From: a virus | Virus record (IMG/VR): IMGVR_UViG_3300020451_002162 | Location: 1-64,000 of that record | DNA length: 64,000 bases | Reading direction: 5' to 3' (one strand) | Shown here: in pieces, positions 8,763 through 18,226 of the stretch | How the letters are laid out: every line of letters starts with the position of its first letter | How positions within the stretch are numbered: position 1 is the first letter of the stretch | Translations under genes and position numbers: made by a program | Notes under the pieces: generated by a model | The model's database searches: none | The model's input: only the letters and a program-made list of their open reading frames with translations | What the model was told of the DNA's origin: nothing

Positions 8763-10362
8763 AATGTTCTGTCCTATTATGGGTTATTGGACTAGCTAAT
8801 AGTATAGCAGGATTAACTTTGTTTTCTTTTGTTAGAGAATAAATATGACTCATCCATGTCTGTTCGTACGGATGATTCCACTTTATGTCCAAAAACATTT
8901 TTTGATTACCTTCTCTACTTATAATATGAGGCCAATTACAATAGTAAATTTCTCCTTCAGCATACGGCACTCTATTGATTTGTTTAATGGCTTTAAAACG
9001 AGTAAATGGTCTTGACTTTATATCTCCAAAATAAAGAAATCTTTTATCTTGTGGCACATTGTGCCAGCTCCATTGTTCAGAATTATTCCCATAAAATTCA
9101 CTGAAGCTCATTTTTAAAAAATCATAATTTTCTTTATCCATTATTTTCACAACGGTTTTTAGTAGGTTCTTGACTTCTTTTCTAAAACCAAAACCACAAT
9201 ATCCTGTAAAATCCAAGAGCATGTCATCTTCAAAGAACATCATGTACTTATCTTTAGATGTTGCGAAATCTTCAGCAGCAAACTGTCTAGCACCACAAAT
9301 GCCCAAATTACCCTTTTTAACTTGTTGGAATCCATATTGATTACAGATATCATTATACTCATCATCATACTGTGATTTAGTACTGTTATTAATAATTATT
9401 TTTTGAGTTTTATTTAAAAAATCTATATCTCTATTTTTGAATGATTCTATTACAGAATTTAATTGCTTGGGAGAATTATATGTATTAATATAAAGTCTTG
9501 TAGTACTAGGTATATTACTATTAATAATTACTGGTTTTTTATAGTTTTTAATATCTTCAAAAAACTTAAAGACTAAACCATTTTCTTCTATGTCAAATAA
9601 TTGTATGTCTTTATTTAGGTTTGCAATAATAGAAAATATACTTTCTTCTGTACCCATATATCCTCTATCTAAAGTGTCATTCAGAAGCTGATAGTATTGT
9701 CCATTTATCGAGGAAATATAGTCTTTTTTTCCTCCAAAAAAACCACCTCTACAAACATGATCAACTTCTTTATCACATATCTTATTCATCTCTTTAATAT
9801 CAAATCCATGAATCTCAGTACTCGTTTTATATGGATATCTTATAAACATAAAAGAATCCACTATATTTTCAAGTTTTTCTATAACTTTATCGTGACTGAA
9901 ATATCCTGGATGTACAGTATTATTTATGCCCGCATCTATCCAATAAAAAAGGTCAGAACCAAAAGTATTCATTATACTGGCATTATGCAATAAAAACATC
10001 TTACTCATGACTACTGGATTGTACATTTGCAGCATGGCTTGTGTGCTACCCGAAAGCCAGCCGACTTGATTTAACCATTTAGAATTTGTTCTTATTTTTT
10101 CAACTTTTTCGCAGAAGGGAAAGAAATCAGTACAAAAATCTTCTATCTCATGTTTTATCCAAAATATTTTATCTGACCTAATTTTAAGTATATGCTGTTT
10201 TATAGATTCTGATGAAAAGACAACTATATTAGTATCTTTAGTAGACTCAAGTAATTTAGATAAATTTTCTAGGTATGTAGAGAAATTCCTAGACCAACCT
10301 TCGTCCAGATCAGATCTTCCTAGATCCCATAGTCCAGTAACTAGGGTTGTTTTAGATGACAT
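8734..10362 (-). CDS. HtrL-like domain fused to a GT-A (GT2-like) domain
   Basis: N-terminal TLVTGLWD..SKMFLLHNA..YWIDAG..GGFFGG..GTEES; C-terminal NLGICGARQ..MFFEDD. Confidence 0.75.
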   Translation of the reverse strand: MSSKTTLVTGLWDLGRSDLDEGWSRNFSTYLENLSKLLESTKDTNIVVFSSESIKQHILKIRSDKIFWIKHEIEDFCTDFFPFCEKVEKIRTNSKWLNQVGWLSGSTQAMLQMYNPVVMSKMFLLHNASIMNTFGSDLFYWIDAGINNTVHPGYFSHDKVIEKLENIVDSFMFIRYPYKTSTEIHGFDIKEMNKICDKEVDHVCRGGFFGGKKDYISSINGQYYQLLNDTLDRGYMGTEESIFSIIANLNKDIQLFDIEENGLVFKFFEDIKNYKKPVIINSNIPSTTRLYINTYNSPKQLNSVIESFKNRDIDFLNKTQKIIINNSTKSQYDDEYNDICNQYGFQQVKKGNLGICGARQFAAEDFATSKDKYMMFFEDDMLLDFTGYCGFGFRKEVKNLLKTVVKIMDKENYDFLKMSFSEFYGNNSEQWSWHNVPQDKRFLYFGDIKSRPFTRFKAIKQINRVPYAEGEIYYCNWPHIISREGNQKMFLDIKWNHPYEQTWMSHIYSLTKENKVNPAILLASPITHNRTEHYDKSERKEN

Positions 10363-10468
10363 ATATGTACTTAGTTAGAGTATTAATCTCCCGGCTCTGC
10401 ATAAATATTAATAATAAATCACAGATAGTCAAGTCAATAAATATGCATATGTTTTTTTTAAATTTATC

Positions 10469-10496
10469 TTGACTTTGCATATCAACTAAATACTAT
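10469..10496 (+). promoter_or_regulatory. putative sigma70 promoter for the pilin gene
   Basis: TTGACT-16 nt-TACTAT; shares CTTGACTTTGCA with the promoter at 18971. Confidence 0.55.
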
Positions 10497-10589
10497 AAAA
10501 ATAGTTATTTTCTTTTACTGAAAAACTTAAAGAAATACAAAGAAGACAATATTTTAAGCTTATTTACCTAATAAGGTGGAGGAATTCTT

Positions 10590-11477
10590 ATGAAAAATAC
10601 GTCACGTAAAGGTTTTACCCTCATCGAACTTCTTGTCGTTATTGCGATTATCGGCGTTCTGGTTGGCTTACTACTTCCAGCTGTTCAACAGGCACGAGAA
10701 GCAGCTCGTCGTAGTTCGTGTGGAAATAAGTTGAAACAACAAGGTTTAGCTGCTCACAACTACGCTGATAAGAATGCAAGTCGTGGAGATAACTTCTTAC
10801 CTAGTGCATTCGGAGTTAATAGTACCGGAGCGACCGTTAGTACCAACCCAATTACGGCTGTCGGTGGTGCCACAGCTGGCGCAAACACAGGCTGGAGTCA
10901 TATCGTAAAAATTCTTCCATTTGGTGAAGAAAATAATCTTTACAATGCCATCAATGGAGCTGGTAATTATGTCGTTCCAACAGCAGCTAATGCAACTGTA
11001 GAGGTTGATTGGCTGATCTGCCCATCATTTGTTGGTACCACAGCTGGCCAAAGTGTTTACAAGGCCAACGTTGGAACCAGTGATGAAGCCGGTGCAAGTG
11101 CTACCGCAACTGGAGCTATCACCGGAAAGACTCTGGATAATAATGGAGGTCTTGGTCTTTTTCAAGATAAGGGTTTTGCATCGTATCGTGATGGTACAAG
11201 TAATACTCTTATGATCGTTGAAGAAAATTTCAATGAAAATTACTGGGAAGGTCATACGAATGTATCAACCTTTGGCCTTGCAACTGGAGCATCCGTCTCA
11301 CCAATTCCAGGAACTGTTTCGCAAGGCTTCCCAAGTTCACCACACGCTGGTGGAGTAAATGGATACTGCCTTGCTGATGGTTCGACTGGGTTTCTGTCTA
11401 ACACCATTAGCAAAGCAACACTTCGAGCCTTATCAACGGCTAATGCTGGCGACACGATAGGTAATGATCGTCCTTAA
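10590..11477 (+). CDS. DUF1559 prepilin-type N-terminal cleavage/methylation protein (Planctomycetota type IV pilin-like)
   Basis: [67 protein letters not shown]; GGAGG RBS; raised GC. Confidence 0.95.
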   Translation: MKNTSRKGFTLIELLVVIAIIGVLVGLLLPAVQQAREAARRSSCGNKLKQQGLAAHNYADKNASRGDNFLPSAFGVNSTGATVSTNPITAVGGATAGANTGWSHIVKILPFGEENNLYNAINGAGNYVVPTAANATVEVDWLICPSFVGTTAGQSVYKANVGTSDEAGASATATGAITGKTLDNNGGLGLFQDKGFASYRDGTSNTLMIVEENFNENYWEGHTNVSTFGLATGASVSPIPGTVSQGFPSSPHAGGVNGYCLADGSTGFLSNTISKATLRALSTANAGDTIGNDRP

Positions 11478-11529
11478 ATATTAATGGTTATTATGAAAAA
11501 TGTAAAGTCTAATAATAAAGAAACAAAAA

Positions 11530-11709
11530 ATGGAAAAAGAAGATAAGAAATATATTAGAAAAACAAAAATAGACAAGAAAAAAAAAGACAAGTACCATAC
11601 TTCGGATGCTATGGATCATAAAGCAAAGGTTCAAAGCAAAAGAGAAAGGCAGGTAGAGATGGAAGAAGATGAATGGGAAAATTGGAATAGGTTTTATAAT
11701 CACAAATGA
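11530..11709 (+). CDS. small charged hypothetical protein (59 aa)
   Basis: MEKEDKKYIRKTKIDKK...EEDEWENWNRFYNHK; ATGA overlap with next gene; below the ORF-track cutoff. Confidence 0.65.
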   Translation: MEKEDKKYIRKTKIDKKKKDKYHTSDAMDHKAKVQSKRERQVEMEEDEWENWNRFYNHK

Positions 11710-11948
11710 AATACATAGAAGAAATAGATGCTGGACAGTGTTTTTCTCATAAAGAAGATAATTTTTTAATGTCTTCAGATTTCAAAAAAAATGGAGACAG
11801 GTTAGGTCTTAGCTTGAAAAATGGAGTCACTCGTTGGTTTGGCCCTTCCGAGACAGTAGAAGTTGTGGTTTTATACACAATAGACCAAGACAGTAATTTA
11901 AAACACATTAGATCAGAGGATGCTGATGATCCTAATAAGAATATCTAA
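11706..11948 (+). CDS. hypothetical protein (small beta-rich)
   Basis: ORF coupled to neighbours. Confidence 0.6.
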   Translation: MKYIEEIDAGQCFSHKEDNFLMSSDFKKNGDRLGLSLKNGVTRWFGPSETVEVVVLYTIDQDSNLKHIRSEDADDPNKNI

Positions 11949-12201
11949 CTTTATAAAATCTTTATTTTTTCACGTATGGTCAGGCTTCCCGAAATGCAGT
12001 AAAGATCAAATTTTAAAAAGATGGAATACATGCTTGGTCTGCGAAGAATTTAATAAAGAATATTCTATTTGCAATATATGTGGATGTAATTTAAATAATA
12101 AAAAAGAGTTCTTCAATAAATTAGCTTGGGCTGATCAAGAATGCCCTGCTGGTAAATGGCCGAAAGAAATTAATAATGAAAATAAAAAAGCAAGAAAATA
12201 A
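11920..12201 (+). CDS. Cys-rich zinc-binding hypothetical protein
   Basis: R..CLVCE..CNICGC..K....ECPAGKW. Confidence 0.65.
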   Translation: MLMILIRISNFIKSLFFHVWSGFPKCSKDQILKRWNTCLVCEEFNKEYSICNICGCNLNNKKEFFNKLAWADQECPAGKWPKEINNENKKARK

Positions 12202-12715
12202 AAGAAAAAACTACGTACACAACAACAAATATAACTTATTTGATAGCGCACAAGAACAAATGAAATGCGCATCAAATGGCTGTAATGTAATTATTATTAA
12301 TATTTGTAACAATCAGCATGTACATGTTAATGCATTTAATAAGAAAGTATATAGCAGATATCCATTGGTTCTAGCAAATAGAGAAGCTCTTGGTAGAACT
12401 AATTTAGGCAAGTGTCAGCCTGTACTCGTAGACAAAAACAAAGAATATAATCATAAATTATATGTAGCCAATTTGTATGCTTGCTCAGGTAAAAAAACAC
12501 CGAAAAATAGAACTATCAATTACTATGCTTTAGGACTAAGCCTACAGCAACTAGCTAGTTTTGTCAGATCAAACGTAAACACTACTGAGAATCCTATGTC
12601 TAGAGTCTTTATAGATAAAAAATGTGTTGCTTTTACTGGGTGTAATTGGTCTTTCGTGGATGATCTTTTAGACGATATTATGCCTGATATTGAGGTAGAG
12701 GTATATGATCAATAA
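12176..12715 (+). CDS. divergent macro-domain-like protein
   Basis: IINICN..YP..LG..YVANLYA..NYYAL..GCNW..V..L..VEVY follows the phage macro (TARG1/DarG-like) layout. Confidence 0.5.
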   Translation: MKIKKQENKRKNYVHNNKYNLFDSAQEQMKCASNGCNVIIINICNNQHVHVNAFNKKVYSRYPLVLANREALGRTNLGKCQPVLVDKNKEYNHKLYVANLYACSGKKTPKNRTINYYALGLSLQQLASFVRSNVNTTENPMSRVFIDKKCVAFTGCNWSFVDDLLDDIMPDIEVEVYDQ

Positions 12716-13595
12716 TAATATTGAATACCTCAAACAACATCCCTATGTTAGTGATGATGTTCATATAGAGATGAATGAAGATCCATTTCCTCATATAATT
12801 ATTAACAATTTATTTAAAGAGAATATATATGAGATGATATCCAGTAGTTTTATGGATATGATAGGAAGAACAAAATCATACAAAGATCTTCCAGGTGCTG
12901 TACATGATTATGCTGCTTATATATACGGTCTTAAAAAAGAAGATTGTAATTATGGTTATGATTTTTTTGTAGACGATATTTGGAAGAACTTTAATATGAT
13001 GACATTTGGAGTTATACTAAACAAATACATAGCTATGAGCGCACACTGGCATGAATCACCAGCTAAACCCGGTTTTGTTCATAACGACTACAATATATGT
13101 TCAGTTATTGATGATGGAGCCACAGACTATACCTTAACGGGTAATTGCTATTATTCTGATGACACAGCCACCAGAACCCCTCATGCTCAAAAAATAGCTA
13201 GAAGTGTAGCCATACTATATTATTTAAATAATGAATCAAATCATCAAACCGATGGCGGCACAAGTATATATACTGACTATAAGTTTTACAGTAAGATAAA
13301 GGACGTACCTCCAAGAAACAATTCTATATTTGTGTTTGCTGTTCAGCCTAATTCATATCATGGTTTTACGGGAGCGAACTTCAACAGGTCTGCGATAGTA
13401 CAATGGTTCCATTCTAGTCCTGCCTACATGGTTAGTAAATATAAAAAATTAATGAAAGAAAGACATATTCAATATGGATCTGGCTTTGAAAGATGGCAAC
13501 CAAAAGAACCTATGTGGGATGTTAGAAATGATCCCGAATATAAAAAATATTTTCCAAATCAAAACTTATCACTAGAACAATTATTAAACTCGTGA
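12705..13595 (+). CDS. 2OG-Fe(II) oxygenase (prolyl-hydroxylase-like)
   Basis: PFPH, HND facial-triad motif, ILYYLN, GGT, SYHG, RSAIVQW. Confidence 0.85.
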   Translation: MINNNIEYLKQHPYVSDDVHIEMNEDPFPHIIINNLFKENIYEMISSSFMDMIGRTKSYKDLPGAVHDYAAYIYGLKKEDCNYGYDFFVDDIWKNFNMMTFGVILNKYIAMSAHWHESPAKPGFVHNDYNICSVIDDGATDYTLTGNCYYSDDTATRTPHAQKIARSVAILYYLNNESNHQTDGGTSIYTDYKFYSKIKDVPPRNNSIFVFAVQPNSYHGFTGANFNRSAIVQWFHSSPAYMVSKYKKLMKERHIQYGSGFERWQPKEPMWDVRNDPEYKKYFPNQNLSLEQLLNS

Positions 13596-14452
13596 ACAAA
13601 CAAATACTATTTCTTGCTGATGAATTTGCTTCAGACTCAACAGGTGGTGCTGAATTGACAACCGAAGCAGTTATTAACGACAGCCCATCAGATATAGACA
13701 TAATTATGGTTCGAACATCAGAACTAAATATAGATATAATTAATAAGTTTAAAAATAATAAATGGATTATAGGTAATTTTTTTGGCCTCAATCCAGACCA
13801 TATGATACATTTGATGTCTAAGAAAATAGATTATTCTATTATTGAATACGATTATAAATATTGTGTTATGCGTATTCCTAAATTACACAAAAAACTACAC
13901 GGAGAATGTTGTGAAGAAAGCGTAAGAGGACAACTTATATCTTTATTTATGTCTCTTTCTCAAAGTCTGTGGTATATGTCTAGTGGACAAAAAAACTGGT
14001 ATGAGCAACAGTTTCCTGCTCTTAAAAAAGCCAATAGTTATGTACTAGGTTCCCTGTTAGAACAAAAAACTATTGATTATATTAATACTCTGGACTGTTC
14101 AAATAAAAACGATACATACATGATACAAGACCATCCTCATATATTGAAAGGAACAAAAGCGGGTATAGAATTAGCTGAAATTAAAAATTTAAAATATGAA
14201 TTGTTTGGGTCAATGAAATCAGAACCCCATCATGAGGTTTTACAAAAATTTGCCAAAGCTAAAGGATTAATATTTGTTCCTACAGAATTTGATACTTGTC
14301 CAAGAATCACAATAGAAGCAAAGCTACTAGGTTGCGATTTGCTACTTGGAGAAAATGTCCAACATAAAGATGAAGAGTGGTTTAGTAGAAATAATACAGA
14401 GATGATTAATCATATGAAAAATAGAACAAAATTTTTCTGGGAGACGATATGA
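13592..14452 (+). CDS. GT-B (GT4-like) glycosyltransferase
   Basis: GGAE, KG, FVP..DTCPRITIEAKLLGC; GTG start. Confidence 0.7.
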   Translation: MNKQILFLADEFASDSTGGAELTTEAVINDSPSDIDIIMVRTSELNIDIINKFKNNKWIIGNFFGLNPDHMIHLMSKKIDYSIIEYDYKYCVMRIPKLHKKLHGECCEESVRGQLISLFMSLSQSLWYMSSGQKNWYEQQFPALKKANSYVLGSLLEQKTIDYINTLDCSNKNDTYMIQDHPHILKGTKAGIELAEIKNLKYELFGSMKSEPHHEVLQKFAKAKGLIFVPTEFDTCPRITIEAKLLGCDLLLGENVQHKDEEWFSRNNTEMINHMKNRTKFFWETI

Positions 14453-15135
14453 ACAAACGTAAAGAATACGAAGATTTCCTAAAAGACAAAAGAGTTTGTC
14501 TGGTAGGTCCAGCACCAACCGTAAAAGATATAGAAGGTAATTTATATAAAAACAAACAAGAACAAATTGATAAAATTGAATCTTATGATGTTATTGTTAG
14601 ACTTAATATAGCTTTACCGATGCCCCCTTCTTTAGCAGAGTATGTGGGAAGCAGAACAGAGATAATTTATAACTGTATGAGTCCAGACCCAGAATCTGGT
14701 GGTTATATTAATATAGATTTTCTCAAAGATAAGATAAGCTGGATCGTGGCCTCTTTGCCAGCCAAGCATCCTTTCACACAGGACATTGTAGGTTTTTATC
14801 AGAGAAACCAGAACACGATAAACTTCACAACCGTAGAACTTGACTACTTCAATGAATTAGAACAAAAAATGCAGACAAGACCAAACACTGGAGTTATAGC
14901 GATATTGGATATGTTAGCTTGCGATATTAAAGAAATTTTTATAACAGGTATGACATTTTTTAGAGGAGGTTATGTTAAAGAATACAGAGGATATAATGAG
15001 CAAGAAGTTTTGTCTAGAATGGCCGTTCATAAAAACCATAGACAAGAACCCCAGTTGGCATACATGAAAGAAATATTGTCATCGGACCCTAGAGTAAAAA
15101 TGGATAAATATTTACAGGACATCATCAATGAATAA
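14449..15135 (+). CDS. GT29 sialyltransferase-like protein
   Basis: Sialylmotif L-like VCLVGPA..IESYDVIVRLN..VGSRT; S-like PNTGVIAI..ITGMTFF; VS-like H....E region. Confidence 0.7.
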   Translation: MNKRKEYEDFLKDKRVCLVGPAPTVKDIEGNLYKNKQEQIDKIESYDVIVRLNIALPMPPSLAEYVGSRTEIIYNCMSPDPESGGYINIDFLKDKISWIVASLPAKHPFTQDIVGFYQRNQNTINFTTVELDYFNELEQKMQTRPNTGVIAILDMLACDIKEIFITGMTFFRGGYVKEYRGYNEQEVLSRMAVHKNHRQEPQLAYMKEILSSDPRVKMDKYLQDIINE

Positions 15136-16123
15136 AATAATATTATTAGGTTATACAAAAGAAGGCTCTCATACCAATTGGTATCCTTGGTATAGATTCA
15201 AAGAGACTTTTAATGAATTGGGATATGACTCACAATGGACGGAAATGCAAAACTTTAAAAGAGAACCTAATAAAAACTATACTTTTATTTGTTGGAACAT
15301 GCCCGATGTCCTTGACTTGATAGCAGCAGGACTTTTGCATAAAGATGATACAGTATTGCAAAAAGTTACTTCTATGACAAAGCGGGAGTCATCTGCAAGT
15401 TGGGGTGCAGATCCAGACGGATTTCACAAAACTTGGAATTGGCCTGCTTATCAAATGTGTTTAGATGTTTTAAATATGGGATACAATATCTATGCCTTTG
15501 GTTGTAGAACGTGTTATGAAGACTTTCCTAAAAAGAAAGAATTGATAGAACAACTAGGAGATCGCATGATTATGATACCTTGGACAAGCTGTATGTTTTC
15601 TTACCAAGAATTACAAGAACAAAAACCCATTACTGATAATTTTGAATTAGACTGCTGTTTTGTCGGATCTGTCTGGGGTAGGGAGGGACGAGGAAACTTA
15701 GAATCAGTCAGAGACTATCTTTCTCCGGTTTTTAATAGCACAGATAAAGGTTACGCTGCGGGTTCTGGTACTTCTACAGGCCCGATCTCAAATGCTAAAC
15801 ATGTAGAAGTAATTAAAAAATCTAAATTATGTCCTATCATCAATGCTCCTTCATGGAGATCAGAAAAAGGAGTACAAGACAGATTCTGGACAGTATTTGC
15901 TGCTGGAAGATTTGGTGTGTCAGACACAGAGGGTGTGTACGAATTTTTTGGCAAGAACGAGGTAATTTGCGAAACAGACCCCGCAGAATATGTTGAAAAA
16001 AGTATTTATTATATGAAGAATACAGATAAACAAATTCCGTATATAGAAAAAATACAACAAAGAATTAAAAAAGAATATAACTGGAATAATACATTCAAAA
16101 ATATTTTTGAAAAGGTTTCTTGA
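15128..16123 (+). CDS. glycosyltransferase (CgeB/Glyco_trans_1_2-like)
   Basis: CFVGS, SKLCPIIN, DRFW..AAG.F.VSD, C-terminal EYNWNN. Confidence 0.7.
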   Translation: MNKIILLGYTKEGSHTNWYPWYRFKETFNELGYDSQWTEMQNFKREPNKNYTFICWNMPDVLDLIAAGLLHKDDTVLQKVTSMTKRESSASWGADPDGFHKTWNWPAYQMCLDVLNMGYNIYAFGCRTCYEDFPKKKELIEQLGDRMIMIPWTSCMFSYQELQEQKPITDNFELDCCFVGSVWGREGRGNLESVRDYLSPVFNSTDKGYAAGSGTSTGPISNAKHVEVIKKSKLCPIINAPSWRSEKGVQDRFWTVFAAGRFGVSDTEGVYEFFGKNEVICETDPAEYVEKSIYYMKNTDKQIPYIEKIQQRIKKEYNWNNTFKNIFEKVS

Positions 16124-16126
16124 ATT

Positions 16127-16870
16127 ATGAATTTATTACACTGTGCTTTACCTCCGCAATACCCAACAGCAAGTATCCACCCAAACACTATAGCAAATCT
16201 TAATAAGTGGAAAAATTTAAATTCTACACTAGAGTTAAAACAAAAAGTATATAATTATGAGGAATGCTGCGATCTAATAGCAAAACATTTTGATAAAGAA
16301 TTGCTAGATTTTTTTAAAATACAACCCTATGGTCATTTTAAGTCTGACTTATGGAGATTGTGTGCTTTGTATATTGATGGAGGAGTTTATGCAGACATAG
16401 ACCAAGAATTACTTGTTGCATTTAAGGATTTTTTTGATGAGACAGTTGATTTTTGCGGCGTAACTAATATGGAAAAATATAATTTATCTAACGGATTTAT
16501 ATATGCTAAAAAGGAAAGTCCTATTATTCTAAAGAATATAGAACTAACCTATGCTAAATATAGACAAGCACTATCGTCTAATCAAAATCTTATATTAGAT
16601 GTTAAATTTATCGGAGGCTGCTATATCATGGGAGATGTAATTGCCAATATGACCAATTCAAAAGAGATGCCTATAGGACATACAAAGATAGGAAATTTGA
16701 ATTGTAAGTTTTTATATGAAACAGGAGATATATCTCTTAGAGATACTAATAAACAAGCTTTTTGGAATAGTTTTGCTGTTTTTGATAAAGACACAAGAAT
16801 AATGAATTCTAGATATGCATCTTACTATATAGATAGACATCAAAATTCTTTATTTATACCCTATGAGTGA
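16127..16870 (+). CDS. GT32 (OCH1-like, DxD) glycosyltransferase
   Basis: KSDLWRLCALYIDGGVYADID. Confidence 0.85.
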   Translation: MNLLHCALPPQYPTASIHPNTIANLNKWKNLNSTLELKQKVYNYEECCDLIAKHFDKELLDFFKIQPYGHFKSDLWRLCALYIDGGVYADIDQELLVAFKDFFDETVDFCGVTNMEKYNLSNGFIYAKKESPIILKNIELTYAKYRQALSSNQNLILDVKFIGGCYIMGDVIANMTNSKEMPIGHTKIGNLNCKFLYETGDISLRDTNKQAFWNSFAVFDKDTRIMNSRYASYYIDRHQNSLFIPYE

Positions 16871-16879
16871 GATAGAAAC

Positions 16880-17563
16880 ATGATTAAAAAAGATTATTTA
16901 CAATATTTAAAATTCCCTCCAGGATTAGAAGGCGATTGGTCTGATCGTTCAGAAACTTTCTCTAAAGCTTTAGCTATGTTTTCTGACACTTCTTCTAACA
17001 ACACTATTGTTGAATTAGGAACCACGAGAAGCTATGTAGGAGGAGGATTTGAGGGATGCCTTTCTCCAAATGACAAATATTGGAAACCCGATAATCCTGA
17101 AATGTGGGATTGGCAAGCAGGATGTTTTACAATTATAGCTGCTGAATTTTGTCAAAAACTAAAAGATCGTAATATAGAATTTCATACAGTAGATCTTAGT
17201 GCTGAACATATTCGTAGAGCTAAATTAATGACAGAACATATATATAAAAAAATTCAATATCATGTTACTAGTAGCTTAGATTTTTTACAAAACTTTAAAA
17301 ATAAAATAGATTTATTATATGTAGATACTGGGGATTGTGAACCAAGAACAATGAAATTACAATTTTTAGAAGCACAAATAGTTGTAAATAAATCTCTTGT
17401 TTCTGATGGAGGCTTAATATTAATAGACGATGTTTTTCGACCTAAAAAATATAGAGCGCCATCATATCATAATAAATCAGAATTATCTCTACCTTTCTAT
17501 TTACAAAATGGTTTTGAGCTGGTTTACTCGAATTATCAAACTTTACTTAGAAAAAAAAGTTAA
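16880..17563 (+). CDS. class I SAM-dependent methyltransferase (Methyltransf_24-like)
   Basis: IVELGT, TVD, SSLDFL, IDLLYVD, GGLILIDD. Confidence 0.8.
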   Translation: MIKKDYLQYLKFPPGLEGDWSDRSETFSKALAMFSDTSSNNTIVELGTTRSYVGGGFEGCLSPNDKYWKPDNPEMWDWQAGCFTIIAAEFCQKLKDRNIEFHTVDLSAEHIRRAKLMTEHIYKKIQYHVTSSLDFLQNFKNKIDLLYVDTGDCEPRTMKLQFLEAQIVVNKSLVSDGGLILIDDVFRPKKYRAPSYHNKSELSLPFYLQNGFELVYSNYQTLLRKKS

Positions 17564-17569
17564 GGCAAT

Positions 17570-18226
17570 ATGAATATTTTCATACCAATAAAACATAACT
17601 CCCAAAGAGTTTCTTCTAAAAACTTTAGACTATTTAGAGGTAAGTCTCTATGGAGACATACCATAGACAAAGTTTCTACTAAATATAAAGTACATATTGA
17701 TACCGATTCTGAAGAGATTATTACAGAATGCAAAGGATTGGATAATGTAATAGCATATAAAAGAGAGCGCAACTTATTGGGAGATCATGTATCTGTTGTG
17801 TCCTTAATACAAAATTTTAAAAATCGCTATCAAATCACTGGAGATATTTGCCAAATCCATGTCACCTCCCCCTTCCTAAAAATAGATCACATACAAACTG
17901 CTCAAAAAAAATTACAAGAAGGATATGATTCAGTTTTTGGTGTTGATATTTTACAACAAAGACTATGGAGACAAGAGTCGTACGGATACTGTCCAATTAA
18001 TCACAACCCTATGAAATTAGAACAAACTCAAGACTTACCAAAATATTATTATGAAAATTCTTATTTATACGCTTTTAAATCAGAAGTATTAGATCTTGGT
18101 AATCGCATAGGTAATAATCCATATCTCTTAAAGATAGACTTTCCATACAATTTAGACATAGACACAGAACAAGATTGGTCTATAATAAACTATATATCAA
18201 AACTAGAAAAAGAGGACTTACAATGA
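17570..18226 (+). CDS. neuA: CMP-N-acetylneuraminate/ulosonate synthetase (cytidylyltransferase)
   Basis: IPIKHNSQRV..KN, DTDS, HVTSPF, TQDL, ENS..Y, DIDTEQD. Confidence 0.8.
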   Translation: MNIFIPIKHNSQRVSSKNFRLFRGKSLWRHTIDKVSTKYKVHIDTDSEEIITECKGLDNVIAYKRERNLLGDHVSVVSLIQNFKNRYQITGDICQIHVTSPFLKIDHIQTAQKKLQEGYDSVFGVDILQQRLWRQESYGYCPINHNPMKLEQTQDLPKYYYENSYLYAFKSEVLDLGNRIGNNPYLLKIDFPYNLDIDTEQDWSIINYISKLEKEDLQ

